In this document: one piece after another, positions 26,367 through 35,897 of the stretch
Numbering within the stretch: position 1 is the stretch's first letter
Layout: each line of letters starts with the position of its first letter
Made by a program: the position numbers and the translations under genes
The notes under the pieces: generated by a model
Told to the model about the DNA's origin: nothing
Databases searched by the model: none
What the model saw: only the letters and a program-made list of their open reading frames with translations
Source of the DNA: an uncultured Terriglobales bacterium
GTDB taxonomy: Bacteria > Acidobacteriota > Terriglobia > Terriglobales > Acidobacteriaceae
Assembly: GCA_964581225.1 (NCBI GenBank)
Contig: CAZONJ010000005.1
Span: 3,394 to 67,393 of the forward strand
Direction: 5' to 3'
Length of the DNA: 64,000 nt

Positions 26367-27301
26367 GCAAAAATAGACTGGAAAAGGCCCTTTGATAATA
26401 TCGCCGATTTTTCCAGGGCGCTGAGGCGGACCCGGCTGGTGAGGACATCATAGTGACGCTTGCCAATCTTCTCCAGCAAGCGGCGATAAATTGTAACCAT
26501 CACCCAAAAGGCAGGACGACTGTCTTTATCGATTAAAGGGGCCAGCTCATCGGCCGCCCGATAGAATTCGCGCGCGCGCTGCGCCTCAAATTCCAGCAGC
26601 GGCCGTAGGCGCAAAGGCTCCAGCGAGCTTCCGCCGTTGGCGACAAACTCTTCCGGAGTCATGCCGAAGCGCAGAATATCTTCCTCCGGTAAATAGACGC
26701 GCCCCATCTGCGCATCTTCTTTCACATCACGAATGATGTTGGTAAGTTGAAAGGCAATGCCGCAGCGTTCCGCAAGCGCCTCCGCGCGGGGATCGCTATA
26801 TCCGTAGACGCGAATACAAACCAGTCCCACAACCGAGGCCACGTAGTAGCAATAGTTATAGAGGTCTTTAAAAGTGCGGTATGGCGCAACCGTTTCCACG
26901 GCCGCTCCACCACCGGGCCGGGAGGCGGGACTTTGCTGCGGCTGCTGCGGAATTTTCAGGTCCATGGTCGTTCCTGCCACCAGCTTATGCAGGAGCTCGC
27001 CGGGAATTTCAAAACGGCGCTGGGCGTCGGCCAAAGCAAAAAAGACCGGATCGTTGGTCGGTCTTCCGGCAGTCACCGCATTCCATTCAGAGAGCCAGGT
27101 TTGAAGTGCGGCGCGGCGTTCGGGGACGGTCCGCGAGGCGTCGTCGGAAAGATCGTCCGCATGCCTCATAAATGCATAGACAGCGCAGAGCGCATTGCGC
27201 TTCTCTCGCGGCAGCGGGAGAAAGCCATAGTAAAAGTTCTTGGCCTGGGAGCGCGCGATCCCCCGGCAAACCGCATAGGCCGTAGCGAGCTGGGTGTTCA
27301 T
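26363..27301 (-). CDS. hpnD: Presqualene diphosphate synthase HpnD (squalene/phytoene synthase family)
   Basis: Asp-rich motifs YAFMRHADDLSDD and NIIRDVKEDAQMGRVYLP. ATGA overlap with the hpnC stop. Confidence 0.8.
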   Translation of the reverse strand: MNTQLATAYAVCRGIARSQAKNFYYGFLPLPREKRNALCAVYAFMRHADDLSDDASRTVPERRAALQTWLSEWNAVTAGRPTNDPVFFALADAQRRFEIPGELLHKLVAGTTMDLKIPQQPQQSPASRPGGGAAVETVAPYRTFKDLYNYCYYVASVVGLVCIRVYGYSDPRAEALAERCGIAFQLTNIIRDVKEDAQMGRVYLPEEDILRFGMTPEEFVANGGSSLEPLRLRPLLEFEAQRAREFYRAADELAPLIDKDSRPAFWVMVTIYRRLLEKIGKRHYDVLTSRVRLSALEKSAILSKGLFQSIFA

Positions 27302-28251
27302 GCCAGTTTTCCCAACAGCGCGCGCGCCACCAGCGAGAGCTTGCGGAATTTGGAAATTACCGGCCGCGAGCGGAGCACATCAAAATCCCGGCGCTCGATG
27401 GCCCGCAGGATCTCCTGGCCTCCGCGGGTGAACAATTCAATGTCCAGCGCCAGCTCCTTATCTACTTTTTCCACCAGCGGCAGTCCGCGTTCGAACCATT
27501 CGCGCGCGCGCGCGACCTCGAAGCGCATCATCTCCAGGAATTGAGGAGTCGTTTGGCGGGAGGCAATCTCCTGCTCGGAGACCCCGAAACGCCTGAGGTC
27601 CTCCAGCGGCAGATACACGCGGCCCTTTCCATAATCGACAGAAACGTCCTGCCAAAAATTCGCCAGTTGCAGGGCGGTGCAGGTGAAATCCGAGAGCCGC
27701 TGCCGTTCTTCATCCCGATATCCGCAAAGATACAGCACCAGATGCCCCACAGGGTTTGCCGAATTCACGCAATAGCCAAGCAGGTCCTCAAACGTTTCGT
27801 AGCGCGCGACGGTCTGGTCCTGCCGGAAGGCTTGCAGCAGATTAGCGAAAGGGGCTTTTGGGACTAGGCATTGCCGGATGGTTTCGGCGAGCGCAACAAA
27901 TACCGGATGCCGCGCCTGTCCGGCGTAGCAGGCATCGAGTTCGCCCTGCCATTCATCGAGCAACTGCAATGAAAGCTGAGGATCGCCGGTTTCGTCTCCC
28001 AGATCGTCGGAGATGCGGCAATAGGCATAGACGCTATAGAAGTGAGGCCGCAAACGTTTGGGCAGAAACCAGGTTGCAACCGAGAAATTTTCATAATGCG
28101 AGTGGGCAAGGCGCGCGCAATAAGCGTGGGCCTGGGCCAGAGTCGGGGCCTGCTCCGGAATGCGGTATTCGGCTGGCAGCAGGTCCCAGCCAGAACGCAC
28201 TCGGCCCACGGGATTGCTGTTGGTGAGCTGCTCCTGACTGGCGAGATGCAA
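27298..28251 (-). CDS. hpnC: Hydroxysqualene synthase HpnC (squalene synthase family)
   Basis: HYENFSVATWFLPKRLRPHFYSVYAYCRISDDLGDE and NFWQDVSVDYGKGRVYLP, typical of HpnC. Confidence 0.8.
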   Translation of the reverse strand: MHLASQEQLTNSNPVGRVRSGWDLLPAEYRIPEQAPTLAQAHAYCARLAHSHYENFSVATWFLPKRLRPHFYSVYAYCRISDDLGDETGDPQLSLQLLDEWQGELDACYAGQARHPVFVALAETIRQCLVPKAPFANLLQAFRQDQTVARYETFEDLLGYCVNSANPVGHLVLYLCGYRDEERQRLSDFTCTALQLANFWQDVSVDYGKGRVYLPLEDLRRFGVSEQEIASRQTTPQFLEMMRFEVARAREWFERGLPLVEKVDKELALDIELFTRGGQEILRAIERRDFDVLRSRPVISKFRKLSLVARALLGKLA

Positions 28252-28268
28252 TGGGCCTCCGATCCCTT

Positions 28269-29342
28269 CTAGTGTCCCGGGATAATTGCGGTCTTGATCT
28301 CGCCGGTGCGGTCGAGCATGCGACGCAATACCTGCTGCAGACGAGAGAGCGGGGCTTCGCCAGTGACATAATCTGTGCTCTTGATCTTCTTCTCGCAGAT
28401 CAGGGCAAATGCCCGGCGGACCATGTCCGGAGTGTGATGGAAGGTCGCCTTCAGCGTGATCTCGGAATAGTGCAGGCGGTTGGTGTCAAGCTCGACCTTG
28501 GTTCCGCTGGCGCAGCCGCCGAAGAAGTTCACGGTGCCGCCTTTGCGCACCATGTCTACCGCCCACTGCCATGCCTCCGGACGTCCCACCGCCTCAATCA
28601 CTGCATCGGCGCCCCGGCCGCCGGTGAGCGAATATACCGCATCGATTGGATTCGCGACCTTCGTGGTCTGCACAATCGCGCCAGCGCCAAACTTGCGGGC
28701 CGCATCGACCTGCTCATCCCGCTTGACCACGGCGATCACATTCATGCCGCTTACTTTGGCGACCTGCATGAACATCAACCCAATCGGGCCACCGCCGATC
28801 ACTACCACGCTGTCGCCAATCTCGGCGCCGGTTTCGTGCAATCCCCGCAGCACGCACGCCAGCGGCTCGGTAATGGCGGCAGCTTCAAAACTCACGCCGG
28901 AAGGGATGGCCAGCATATTGGCTTCTACGATGCGGCGTGGCACTTTGATGTACTCCGCATACGCTCCGTTATTGAAGAGCAGGTCCTCGCAGAGGTTTTC
29001 CTGGTGTTTCGAGCAATAAAAGCAGGCCCCGCAAGGCGCGGAGTTCAGCGCGACCACCCGCATACCTTTTTTAAAGCTCCTTACCCCAGCTCCGACCTCT
29101 TCGATAATTCCGGAAAGCTCATGGCCGAACAACGCCGGCGGAGTAATCATGCGGGCATGGTAGCCACGCTGAAAGACCTTGAGATCGGTGCCGCAGGTGA
29201 GCGCGACCTCGACTTTGATCAGGACCTCGCCATCTTCGACGCGAGGAATCGGCACCCTCTCGATTTTTACGTCCTGCTTGCCATAGAGGACCGCTGCTGT
29301 CATTTTTCCGTTCACGAAAGTTTTACCTGCTCCGTTCTTCAC
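28269..29342 (-). CDS. Zinc-dependent medium-chain dehydrogenase/reductase, polyol (sorbitol/threonine) dehydrogenase type
   Basis: CGTDLK and FGHELSGIIEEVG (catalytic Zn), CGACFYCSKHQENLC (structural Zn) and VIGGGPIGLMF (Rossmann fold). GTG track start; the internal MTAAVLYG (29303) is a plausible true start. Confidence 0.8.
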   Translation of the reverse strand: MKNGAGKTFVNGKMTAAVLYGKQDVKIERVPIPRVEDGEVLIKVEVALTCGTDLKVFQRGYHARMITPPALFGHELSGIIEEVGAGVRSFKKGMRVVALNSAPCGACFYCSKHQENLCEDLLFNNGAYAEYIKVPRRIVEANMLAIPSGVSFEAAAITEPLACVLRGLHETGAEIGDSVVVIGGGPIGLMFMQVAKVSGMNVIAVVKRDEQVDAARKFGAGAIVQTTKVANPIDAVYSLTGGRGADAVIEAVGRPEAWQWAVDMVRKGGTVNFFGGCASGTKVELDTNRLHYSEITLKATFHHTPDMVRRAFALICEKKIKSTDYVTGEAPLSRLQQVLRRMLDRTGEIKTAIIPGH

Positions 29343-29349
29343 TACGTTT

Positions 29350-30453
29350 TCATATACCGGGCTGAATGACGATCTTCATCGAATCCGGCTTCGGATTTGC
29401 CGCCAGTTGGAGTCCTTCCACGCCGCTCCGCAGCGGGAAGCGGTGAGAAATCAGCCCTGCCAGATCGACCTCGCCGCTGAACACCAACCGGACGGTCTCA
29501 TCCTGCAAATCGACCGAGGCGCTATAGGAGCCGAGCAGCGTCTTTTCGTCTACGCAAACCGCCGCAGGATCGATCACCGCTTCGCTGCGCACCGTCTGGG
29601 CAAACAGCATCACCCTGCCGCCGTAGCGTGCCGCATCGATTGCAGACTGTATCAGGCTGTTGGCGCCAACCGCCAGAATGACCGCGTCCGCTCCACGCCC
29701 TTCGGTCAGGCTCCGGATGCGCTCCACCACGTTCTCCTGCGCGGCAGCAATTGTCTCCTGGATACCGTAGCTATTAGCTATTGTAAGCCTCTGCTGATGT
29801 AAATCGGAAGCTACTACTCTGGCTCCGGCGCGCTGCGCCAGCACCGCCAGAATAATGCCGATCGGCCCCTGGCCGATTACCAGCACCGTCTCACCCGGAC
29901 GCAGATTCAGCGCCTCAATCCCCTTCAGGCAGGTATTGACCGGCTCTACAAAAGCAGCCTGCTCGAAAGAGACCTCATCGGGGATTTTGACCACCCCACG
30001 ATTCACAATCCAATCCATTACCCTCACGTACTCCGCAAAACCGCCGCCTGAGGGCTCAAAGCCGGCAGTACAACCTACCTTCTTGTACACCGGACATTGC
30101 GCAAAGACCTTATGCCGGCAGTAGTAGCAACTCCCACAGGGAATATGATGAAAGACCATTACCCGGTCGCCCACCATAAAGTTGGAGACCCCAGCGCCTA
30201 CTCCGGCCACCGTGCCCGAAGTCTCATGACCAAATATGCGCGGCGCGGAGTGCGAGCCAGTGCTGATCTTCTTTAGATCGGTCCCGCAAACGCCGCAGGT
30301 GTGTACCTTGATCAGGATCTCGCCCGCGCCAATCTCGGGTACGGGTACGGTTTCGATGCGAACATCGTTGATGCCGCGATACACCGCTGCCCGCATCGTG
30401 GAAGGCACTACAGTATCGAGCGATGGGGACATTGAGGTCGCTGAAGAGGCCAT
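29350..30453 (-). CDS. Zinc-dependent medium-chain dehydrogenase/reductase, polyol dehydrogenase type (paralog of 28269-29342)
   Basis: CGVCGTDLKK and FGHETSGTVAGVG, CGSCYYCRHKVFAQC and VIGQGPIGIIL. The internal MRAAVYRG (30396) is a plausible alternative start. Confidence 0.8.
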   Translation of the reverse strand: MASSATSMSPSLDTVVPSTMRAAVYRGINDVRIETVPVPEIGAGEILIKVHTCGVCGTDLKKISTGSHSAPRIFGHETSGTVAGVGAGVSNFMVGDRVMVFHHIPCGSCYYCRHKVFAQCPVYKKVGCTAGFEPSGGGFAEYVRVMDWIVNRGVVKIPDEVSFEQAAFVEPVNTCLKGIEALNLRPGETVLVIGQGPIGIILAVLAQRAGARVVASDLHQQRLTIANSYGIQETIAAAQENVVERIRSLTEGRGADAVILAVGANSLIQSAIDAARYGGRVMLFAQTVRSEAVIDPAAVCVDEKTLLGSYSASVDLQDETVRLVFSGEVDLAGLISHRFPLRSGVEGLQLAANPKPDSMKIVIQPGI

Positions 30454-30457
30454 TCTG

Positions 30458-31195
30458 TTACTCTGATTTTACCTTGAATTGCGGGACTTCTACGAGCTTT
30501 GCCATCCGCCCAAATTCACCCCTGGAGATGTACTCCTTTAGTTTTCCATTCAAAGCTTTAGCCGCAATGGCGCTGTTTTTTGCCAGAAGACGAATGGCAG
30601 GCCATTGCCCAGGATGGAAGGCAAGATGAGCCAGAAACTTCAGGTAGTTAAATTTTCCATTTTCGGCAATAAAGCCGCTCAAATCCGGCAGCGTGACATC
30701 GGCCTCGTCGGAGATGGCCTTTAACGCTAAAAACGGAATGCCTGCTCTCTCGGCGCTTGCCGCAACCGCAACCGCCTCCATATCGATGATCTGCGCGTTA
30801 TAGCTTTGGCGCAGCGCTGCCTTCCGCTTTGCGCCGGCAATGCCGCCGATGGAAACCAACACACCTGCGCCGGAGATGGCCCTGTATGCCCGTCCCGTCT
30901 CCTCCGAAAGAACCGTTGCAGGAAGCACTACGTCTCCAACATGCAATGAGGGATCGAGCGCGCCGGCAAATCCAACCGACGCCAGCAAATTGGGCTGGAT
31001 GACCTGAATGAGCGCCTCTGCCGCCGCGGCCGCCGCTTTCTGTCCAATTCCCGCACAGATTACGAAAACATTATCTTGCGAGTAACAACGGAAGCGGGTG
31101 CCGGGCAATCCTTGTACTGAGCTGAAGGTGGAAAGCAGTTCCTGGATCTCGCGCTCCAGGGCGGCAATGATTCCGATTTTGTAAGGCTGCGCCAT
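30458..31195 (-). CDS. hpnG: Hopanoid-associated nucleosidase/phosphorylase HpnG (PNP/UDP family)
   Basis: MAQPYKIGIIAALEREI opening, PNP_UDP_1-like fold, and a position between hpnA and the rest of the hpn genes. The ATG at 31195 lies 2 nt after the hpnA stop. Confidence 0.75.
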   Translation of the reverse strand: MAQPYKIGIIAALEREIQELLSTFSSVQGLPGTRFRCYSQDNVFVICAGIGQKAAAAAAEALIQVIQPNLLASVGFAGALDPSLHVGDVVLPATVLSEETGRAYRAISGAGVLVSIGGIAGAKRKAALRQSYNAQIIDMEAVAVAASAERAGIPFLALKAISDEADVTLPDLSGFIAENGKFNYLKFLAHLAFHPGQWPAIRLLAKNSAIAAKALNGKLKEYISRGEFGRMAKLVEVPQFKVKSE

Positions 31196-31197
31196 CT

Positions 31198-32217
31198 CTA
31201 ACGCGCCACCATGCCGTGGGCTTCCCTGCCGGTCACATATCCATGGGATTGAAACCACTCCACTGCGCGCCGCAATGCGGCTTCCACGGGCACGATCCGG
31301 TATCCTAATTCACGTTCCGCTTTTTCTGAAGATGCGAACATCTTCTTTTTTCCCATACGCACCGCTTCAATCGTCGCGCGCGGCTCTTTTCGCAAAACCA
31401 CTCCGGTAAAAAATTGGTCGAACGCCGCAAATCCCATAGCAACGCTGTGCGGCACCTGAATGGTGGGAGACGGTAGGCCGGTGATAGCGGAGAGTCTGTC
31501 TAAAAGCTGCTTCAGCGTAAGGTTCTCTCCGCCCAGGATATAGCGTTCCCCGGGACGGGCCTTCTCAAAGGCGAGAATGTGTCCGCGCGCCACCTGGTGC
31601 ACATCCGCCAGATTCAATCCAGTGTCCACATAGGCGGGAAACTTGCGCTTGAGAAAGTCCAGGATGATCCGCCCGGTGGGAGTCGGCTTGATGTCCTGCT
31701 CACCGATTGGAGTGGTGGGATTCACCATCACGACGGGCGCGCCGTTGCGTCCCGCTTCCAGCGCCACCTCTTCGGCCATAAATTTGGAGCGCTTGTAATG
31801 GCCGATCATCTGCTCCAGAGAGACCGGGTCCGCTTCCTTTACCGATCTTCCATCGCCAATAAATCCCATGGTCGCAACACTGCTGGTATAGACCACCCGT
31901 CGGACCTTTGCCTCTGCCGCCGCCCGGATGATGGCGCGCGTGCCCTCGACATTGGCGCGGTACATCTCCTCCGGATTGCGCGTCCACAAACGGTAATCGG
32001 CGGCAACATGAAAGACGGCATCGCAGCCCTGCATTCCTTTGCGTAACGATTCAGGATCGCGAAGGTCGCCAATCACACGATCTCCGCGTAGCCTGGCGAT
32101 GTTTTCCAGGCGGCTCTCCCGGCGCACCAGCAGGCGCAACTCCGCGCCTTGCGCAGAAAGGGCCTGCGCCACATGGCTGCCAACAAAGCCCGTCGCTCCA
32201 GTTACAAATGCTCTCAT
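31198..32217 (-). CDS. hpnA: Hopanoid-associated NAD-dependent sugar epimerase/dehydratase-family protein HpnA
   Basis: MRAFVTGATGFVGSHV (GxxGxxG) and the YKRSK catalytic YxxxK. The start was chosen at 32217 rather than the track's 32268. Confidence 0.75.
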   Translation of the reverse strand: MRAFVTGATGFVGSHVAQALSAQGAELRLLVRRESRLENIARLRGDRVIGDLRDPESLRKGMQGCDAVFHVAADYRLWTRNPEEMYRANVEGTRAIIRAAAEAKVRRVVYTSSVATMGFIGDGRSVKEADPVSLEQMIGHYKRSKFMAEEVALEAGRNGAPVVMVNPTTPIGEQDIKPTPTGRIILDFLKRKFPAYVDTGLNLADVHQVARGHILAFEKARPGERYILGGENLTLKQLLDRLSAITGLPSPTIQVPHSVAMGFAAFDQFFTGVVLRKEPRATIEAVRMGKKKMFASSEKAERELGYRIVPVEAALRRAVEWFQSHGYVTGREAHGMVAR

Positions 32218-32324
32218 CGGAGGTTCCCAGTTTGATTTTCGAGCAGATGAATCGCAAAACGCACACAAAAAGTAAGAGGCACGACCAAAATCGTGCCTTC
32301 GATTACCGCCTCGGAAGCAAATTC

Positions 32325-32768
32325 TTACTCGAGCGCCTCGGGAGCCAGCCCGATATTTTGCTCCCCTGCGGCCCTCTTCTCCCAGTATTTTTTAATCCAG
32401 GCCTCCCAACTCCGGCCGGCGGCGGTATCGCGTCCGGTGAAGGCCAGAGCGGCGATTTCAGAGTATGGGACCGAGACCTTTTCGCTGGAATCCTTCGGGA
32501 AAACCCGGACGGTCGATTCAGCCAGCGTCCTGCCTTTGCGCCGGTCGAAGATATAGCCTTCGATCTTGCTCCCATTTTTCCGGGTGATGGTCACATCTCC
32601 GCGATAGTCGAATGCCCTTTCCAGCGCCTCGTATACCTCTGTCTCGCTGGCCAGCTCCGGGATCCATCCTTCCAGCTTGTCGTGCTGCGTTCCAGGCGCG
32701 ACTTCCAGCGCGTCCGGATTTGCCGTCTTTGGCTGGTGCTCTGAAGATTGCGCTGAGGTGGAACTCAT
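32325..32768 (-). CDS. Hypothetical protein (147 aa) inside the hopanoid operon
   Basis: ATGA overlap with the hpnH stop and coding-like codon usage. It has a disordered N-terminus followed by a compact domain ([26 protein letters not shown]...). No motif recognised. Confidence 0.6.
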   Translation of the reverse strand: MSSTSAQSSEHQPKTANPDALEVAPGTQHDKLEGWIPELASETEVYEALERAFDYRGDVTITRKNGSKIEGYIFDRRKGRTLAESTVRVFPKDSSEKVSVPYSEIAALAFTGRDTAAGRSWEAWIKKYWEKRAAGEQNIGLAPEALE

Positions 32769-33892
32769 GCCCGGGTCTCCTCAAGCTGGGACGAAGCTGC
32801 ATCGATCTGGACCAGCGGATTGTAAGCGTGCATCGGCCGCACTGTCTCGTTAAGAAGCTTCTCGGCTTCCTCGTCTTTGTATTTGGTAAACAGCACCGCG
32901 CGGGCAGTGGCAAGAAGTCCGCGGACGGAGCTGAAGGTTTGATTCACGGCCGAGGCCTCATAACCGCTGTGCACCATGCAATTGGCGCATTGCGGGTTGC
33001 CGGACTCGGTGCCGTAGCGCTCCCATTCCGTGGCCTCTATCAATTCCTGGAAGCTTTCCGCATAGCCGTCCTGCAGCAGATAGCATGGCTTTTGCCAGCC
33101 AAAGACGTTGTAGGTCGGCATGCCCCAGGGCGTGCAGGAGAAATCCCGCTTGCCCATCAGGAACTCAAGAAAGAGCGGCGAGGCGTTAAAGCGCCAGTTG
33201 GCCTTGCGGTTGGAGAGGATGGCGCGAAAGAGCCGACGCGTGCGCGCCCGGCCAAGGAAATGCTTCTGGTCCGGCGCTTTATCGTAAGAGTATCCGGGAG
33301 AGAGCATCATGCTCTCTACGCCCAACTCCATCATCTCATCGAAGAAGCCGCGCACGCTCTTGGGGTCGGCGCCATCGAACAGCGTGGTGTTGGTTGTGAC
33401 CCGGAAGCCGCGCCGCAGTGCCTCTTTAATTCCTTCCACCGCCGCCTCGTAGCCGCCTTCCCGGCAGACGGAGAAATCGTGGTGCTCGCGCTGGCCGTCC
33501 AAATGGACAGAGAACGAAAGATATTTACTCGGCTTGAAAAGGTCGAGCTTTTCTTTGAGCAGCAGCGCATTGGTGCACATGTAAACGTACTTCTTGCGCG
33601 CCACCAGTCCGGCAACAATCTCATGAATGCGCGGGTGCAGCAAAGGCTCGCCCCCGGGAATCGAAACGAACGGGACGCCGCATTCCTCCACCGCGCGGAA
33701 GCATTCCTCCGGCGAGAGGTCCCTCTTTAAGATGTGCGCCGGATACTGGATTTTTCCGCAGCCCGCGCAGGCAAGATTGCAGCGGAAAAGCGGCTCGAGC
33801 ATCAGGACCATGGGATAGCGCTTCTTCCCTGCCAGCTTCTGCTTCAGGACGTAGGTTGTTACCGTCAACATCTGAGAAATTGGTACTGCCAC
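32765..33892 (-). CDS. hpnH: Adenosylhopane synthase HpnH (radical SAM)
   Basis: [26 protein letters not shown] is the HpnH signature. GTG start preceded by AGGAGGAG. Confidence 0.9.
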   Translation of the reverse strand: MAVPISQMLTVTTYVLKQKLAGKKRYPMVLMLEPLFRCNLACAGCGKIQYPAHILKRDLSPEECFRAVEECGVPFVSIPGGEPLLHPRIHEIVAGLVARKKYVYMCTNALLLKEKLDLFKPSKYLSFSVHLDGQREHHDFSVCREGGYEAAVEGIKEALRRGFRVTTNTTLFDGADPKSVRGFFDEMMELGVESMMLSPGYSYDKAPDQKHFLGRARTRRLFRAILSNRKANWRFNASPLFLEFLMGKRDFSCTPWGMPTYNVFGWQKPCYLLQDGYAESFQELIEATEWERYGTESGNPQCANCMVHSGYEASAVNQTFSSVRGLLATARAVLFTKYKDEEAEKLLNETVRPMHAYNPLVQIDAASSQLEETRA

Positions 33893-33907
33893 TCGGCTCC
33901 TCCTGGA

Positions 33908-35896
33908 CTACTGCTCGTTCCGCGCCTGCATGGCCTTTTGATAAGTGGAAAGCGCCAACAGCGGAAAAAAGTTTCTGTAAAGATGATAGGCGAGATAGAA
34001 GACCCGCGGAAAGCCCGTGCCGGTATATTGCGGCTCGTCCCACGATCCATCGCGCCTTTGCGTGCGCAACAAATAAATTATGCCCTTGGCCACGGAATCG
34101 CTGCGCAGGTCTCCGGCGGCCAGCAATCCAAGAATGCCCCAGGCCGTCTGCGAAGGCGTGCTGGGACCGATTCCCTTGGTATTGGGATCGTCATAGGAGC
34201 CGCAGGTCTCTCCCCAGCCGCCATCGGAGTTCTGGATCGACCTCAGCCACTCCGCCGCCTGCTGGACATACGGTTCATGGTTCCATACCCCGACCGCCTC
34301 CAGGCCGCGCAGCACCTGCATCGTCCCGTAGATGTAGTTCACGCCCCAACGGCCAAACCAGGAGCCGTCCGGCTCTTGTTCGCGGGCGATGAACTCGATG
34401 GCCTTTTTTACCCGCTTGTCGCGCTGGTCATAGCCGTACGTCGCCAGCATCTCGATCACGCGCGCGGTAATGTCCACCGTGGCGGGATCCAGCATGGCAT
34501 TGTGATCGGCGAATGGAATGTGCTGAAAGACCATCTTGTCGTTATCTTTATCGAACGACGCCCAGCCGCCATTCTTGCACTGCATGGCAAAGATCCACTT
34601 GATTGCCCGCTGTGCTACCTCGTGCTGATAACGCTCGCGCGGGTTGGCCACCTTGGAGAGCGCCAGCAGCACCATCGCCGAATCGTCCACATCGGGATAG
34701 AACTCGTTGTTGAATTCGAAGTACCAGCCGCCCGGCTCGGTGTTCTTCACCTTTACCGCCCAGTCCCCTTTGTGGCGTACTTCCTTTGACAGGATCCAAT
34801 CGGCGGCCTTCAACATGCGGGGATCGTTTTTCGAGACCCCCGACTCGCCCAGCGCGAACATGGCATACGCCGTGTCCCACACCGGAGACATGCAGGGCTG
34901 CATACGGAAGGTGGCGTCGGAGTGGCCCTCCGCTCCGTCCTCTTCGATGCCGAGCTTTTCGAACTCATCCACTGCGCGGATGAATTGCGGGTCGTCGGCG
35001 GAGTATCCGAGGCAGCGCAGCGCGATGATGGAATTCATGATGCCGGGATAAATTGCCCCCAGGCCGTCGCTTTTTTCAAAGCGCTCGAGCATCCACTTCT
35101 CCGCTTTTTTCAATGCGATGGAGCGCAGTGGGCGCACGTGCACGCGTTCAAAGTAGTGGGCGATATTGTTGAGGACCAGGAAGAAATTACGCCAGCTGAA
35201 CTTTTCCTTCGACCATCGCAAGTAAAGATTGCAGTTCTCCCGCCCTCCCGGGAAAAGTTCTCCGATACTCATCTCCGCCGGGACCTTCTTAAACGGCTTC
35301 TTCGCGTAAGCGATCGAAAGCGGCACCAGAATGGCGCGCGACCACGACGAAATCTCGTAAAGATTGAACCAGAACCAGTTCGGGAACAGCACAATCTCCG
35401 GTGGGATTGCAGGTACGGCGTTGTAATCGTATTGACCGAAGAAGCAGAGATATAGCTTGGTGAAGGTATTAACTTCGGTAGCGCCGCCCAGCGCAAGAAT
35501 GCATTGGCGCGCTTCTTGCAGCACGGGATGCTCGGCGGTGAATCCGGCCAGCTTTAGTCCGAAATAAGCCTTCACCGAGGCGCTTATGTTGGAGGGACCG
35601 CCCTGGTAGATGGGCCATCCTCCATCCTCATTCTGGTGGCGGAGAATTTCCCGGGCCGCTGCCTGGATGCGCTCGGGATTGCTTGTCCCTAAAAGGGCGT
35701 GCAGAAGAATGTAATCCGACTCCAGCGTGGTGTCGGCTTCGAGCTCGCCACACCAGTAGCCGTCCTCATGCTGGGCGGAAAAAAGGTAGCGGCGGGCAGC
35801 GTCCATGGTGGCCGCAACCCGGCTTACAATATCATCGATCTTCCCGCGCACGAGTTGGGCCGGGCGTTCCGATGTTGTAGGGGAGAAATCTTCCAT
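33908..35896 (-). CDS. shc: Squalene-hopene cyclase
   Basis: DVDDSAMVLLAL (DxDD catalytic motif) and multiple QW-type repeats (DGGWG, DGSWF). The start at MEDFSP (35896) lies 1 nt after the ispH stop; the track's longer N-terminus overlaps ispH. Confidence 0.9.
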   Translation of the reverse strand: MEDFSPTTSERPAQLVRGKIDDIVSRVAATMDAARRYLFSAQHEDGYWCGELEADTTLESDYILLHALLGTSNPERIQAAAREILRHQNEDGGWPIYQGGPSNISASVKAYFGLKLAGFTAEHPVLQEARQCILALGGATEVNTFTKLYLCFFGQYDYNAVPAIPPEIVLFPNWFWFNLYEISSWSRAILVPLSIAYAKKPFKKVPAEMSIGELFPGGRENCNLYLRWSKEKFSWRNFFLVLNNIAHYFERVHVRPLRSIALKKAEKWMLERFEKSDGLGAIYPGIMNSIIALRCLGYSADDPQFIRAVDEFEKLGIEEDGAEGHSDATFRMQPCMSPVWDTAYAMFALGESGVSKNDPRMLKAADWILSKEVRHKGDWAVKVKNTEPGGWYFEFNNEFYPDVDDSAMVLLALSKVANPRERYQHEVAQRAIKWIFAMQCKNGGWASFDKDNDKMVFQHIPFADHNAMLDPATVDITARVIEMLATYGYDQRDKRVKKAIEFIAREQEPDGSWFGRWGVNYIYGTMQVLRGLEAVGVWNHEPYVQQAAEWLRSIQNSDGGWGETCGSYDDPNTKGIGPSTPSQTAWGILGLLAAGDLRSDSVAKGIIYLLRTQRRDGSWDEPQYTGTGFPRVFYLAYHLYRNFFPLLALSTYQKAMQARNEQ

Positions 35897-35897
35897 A

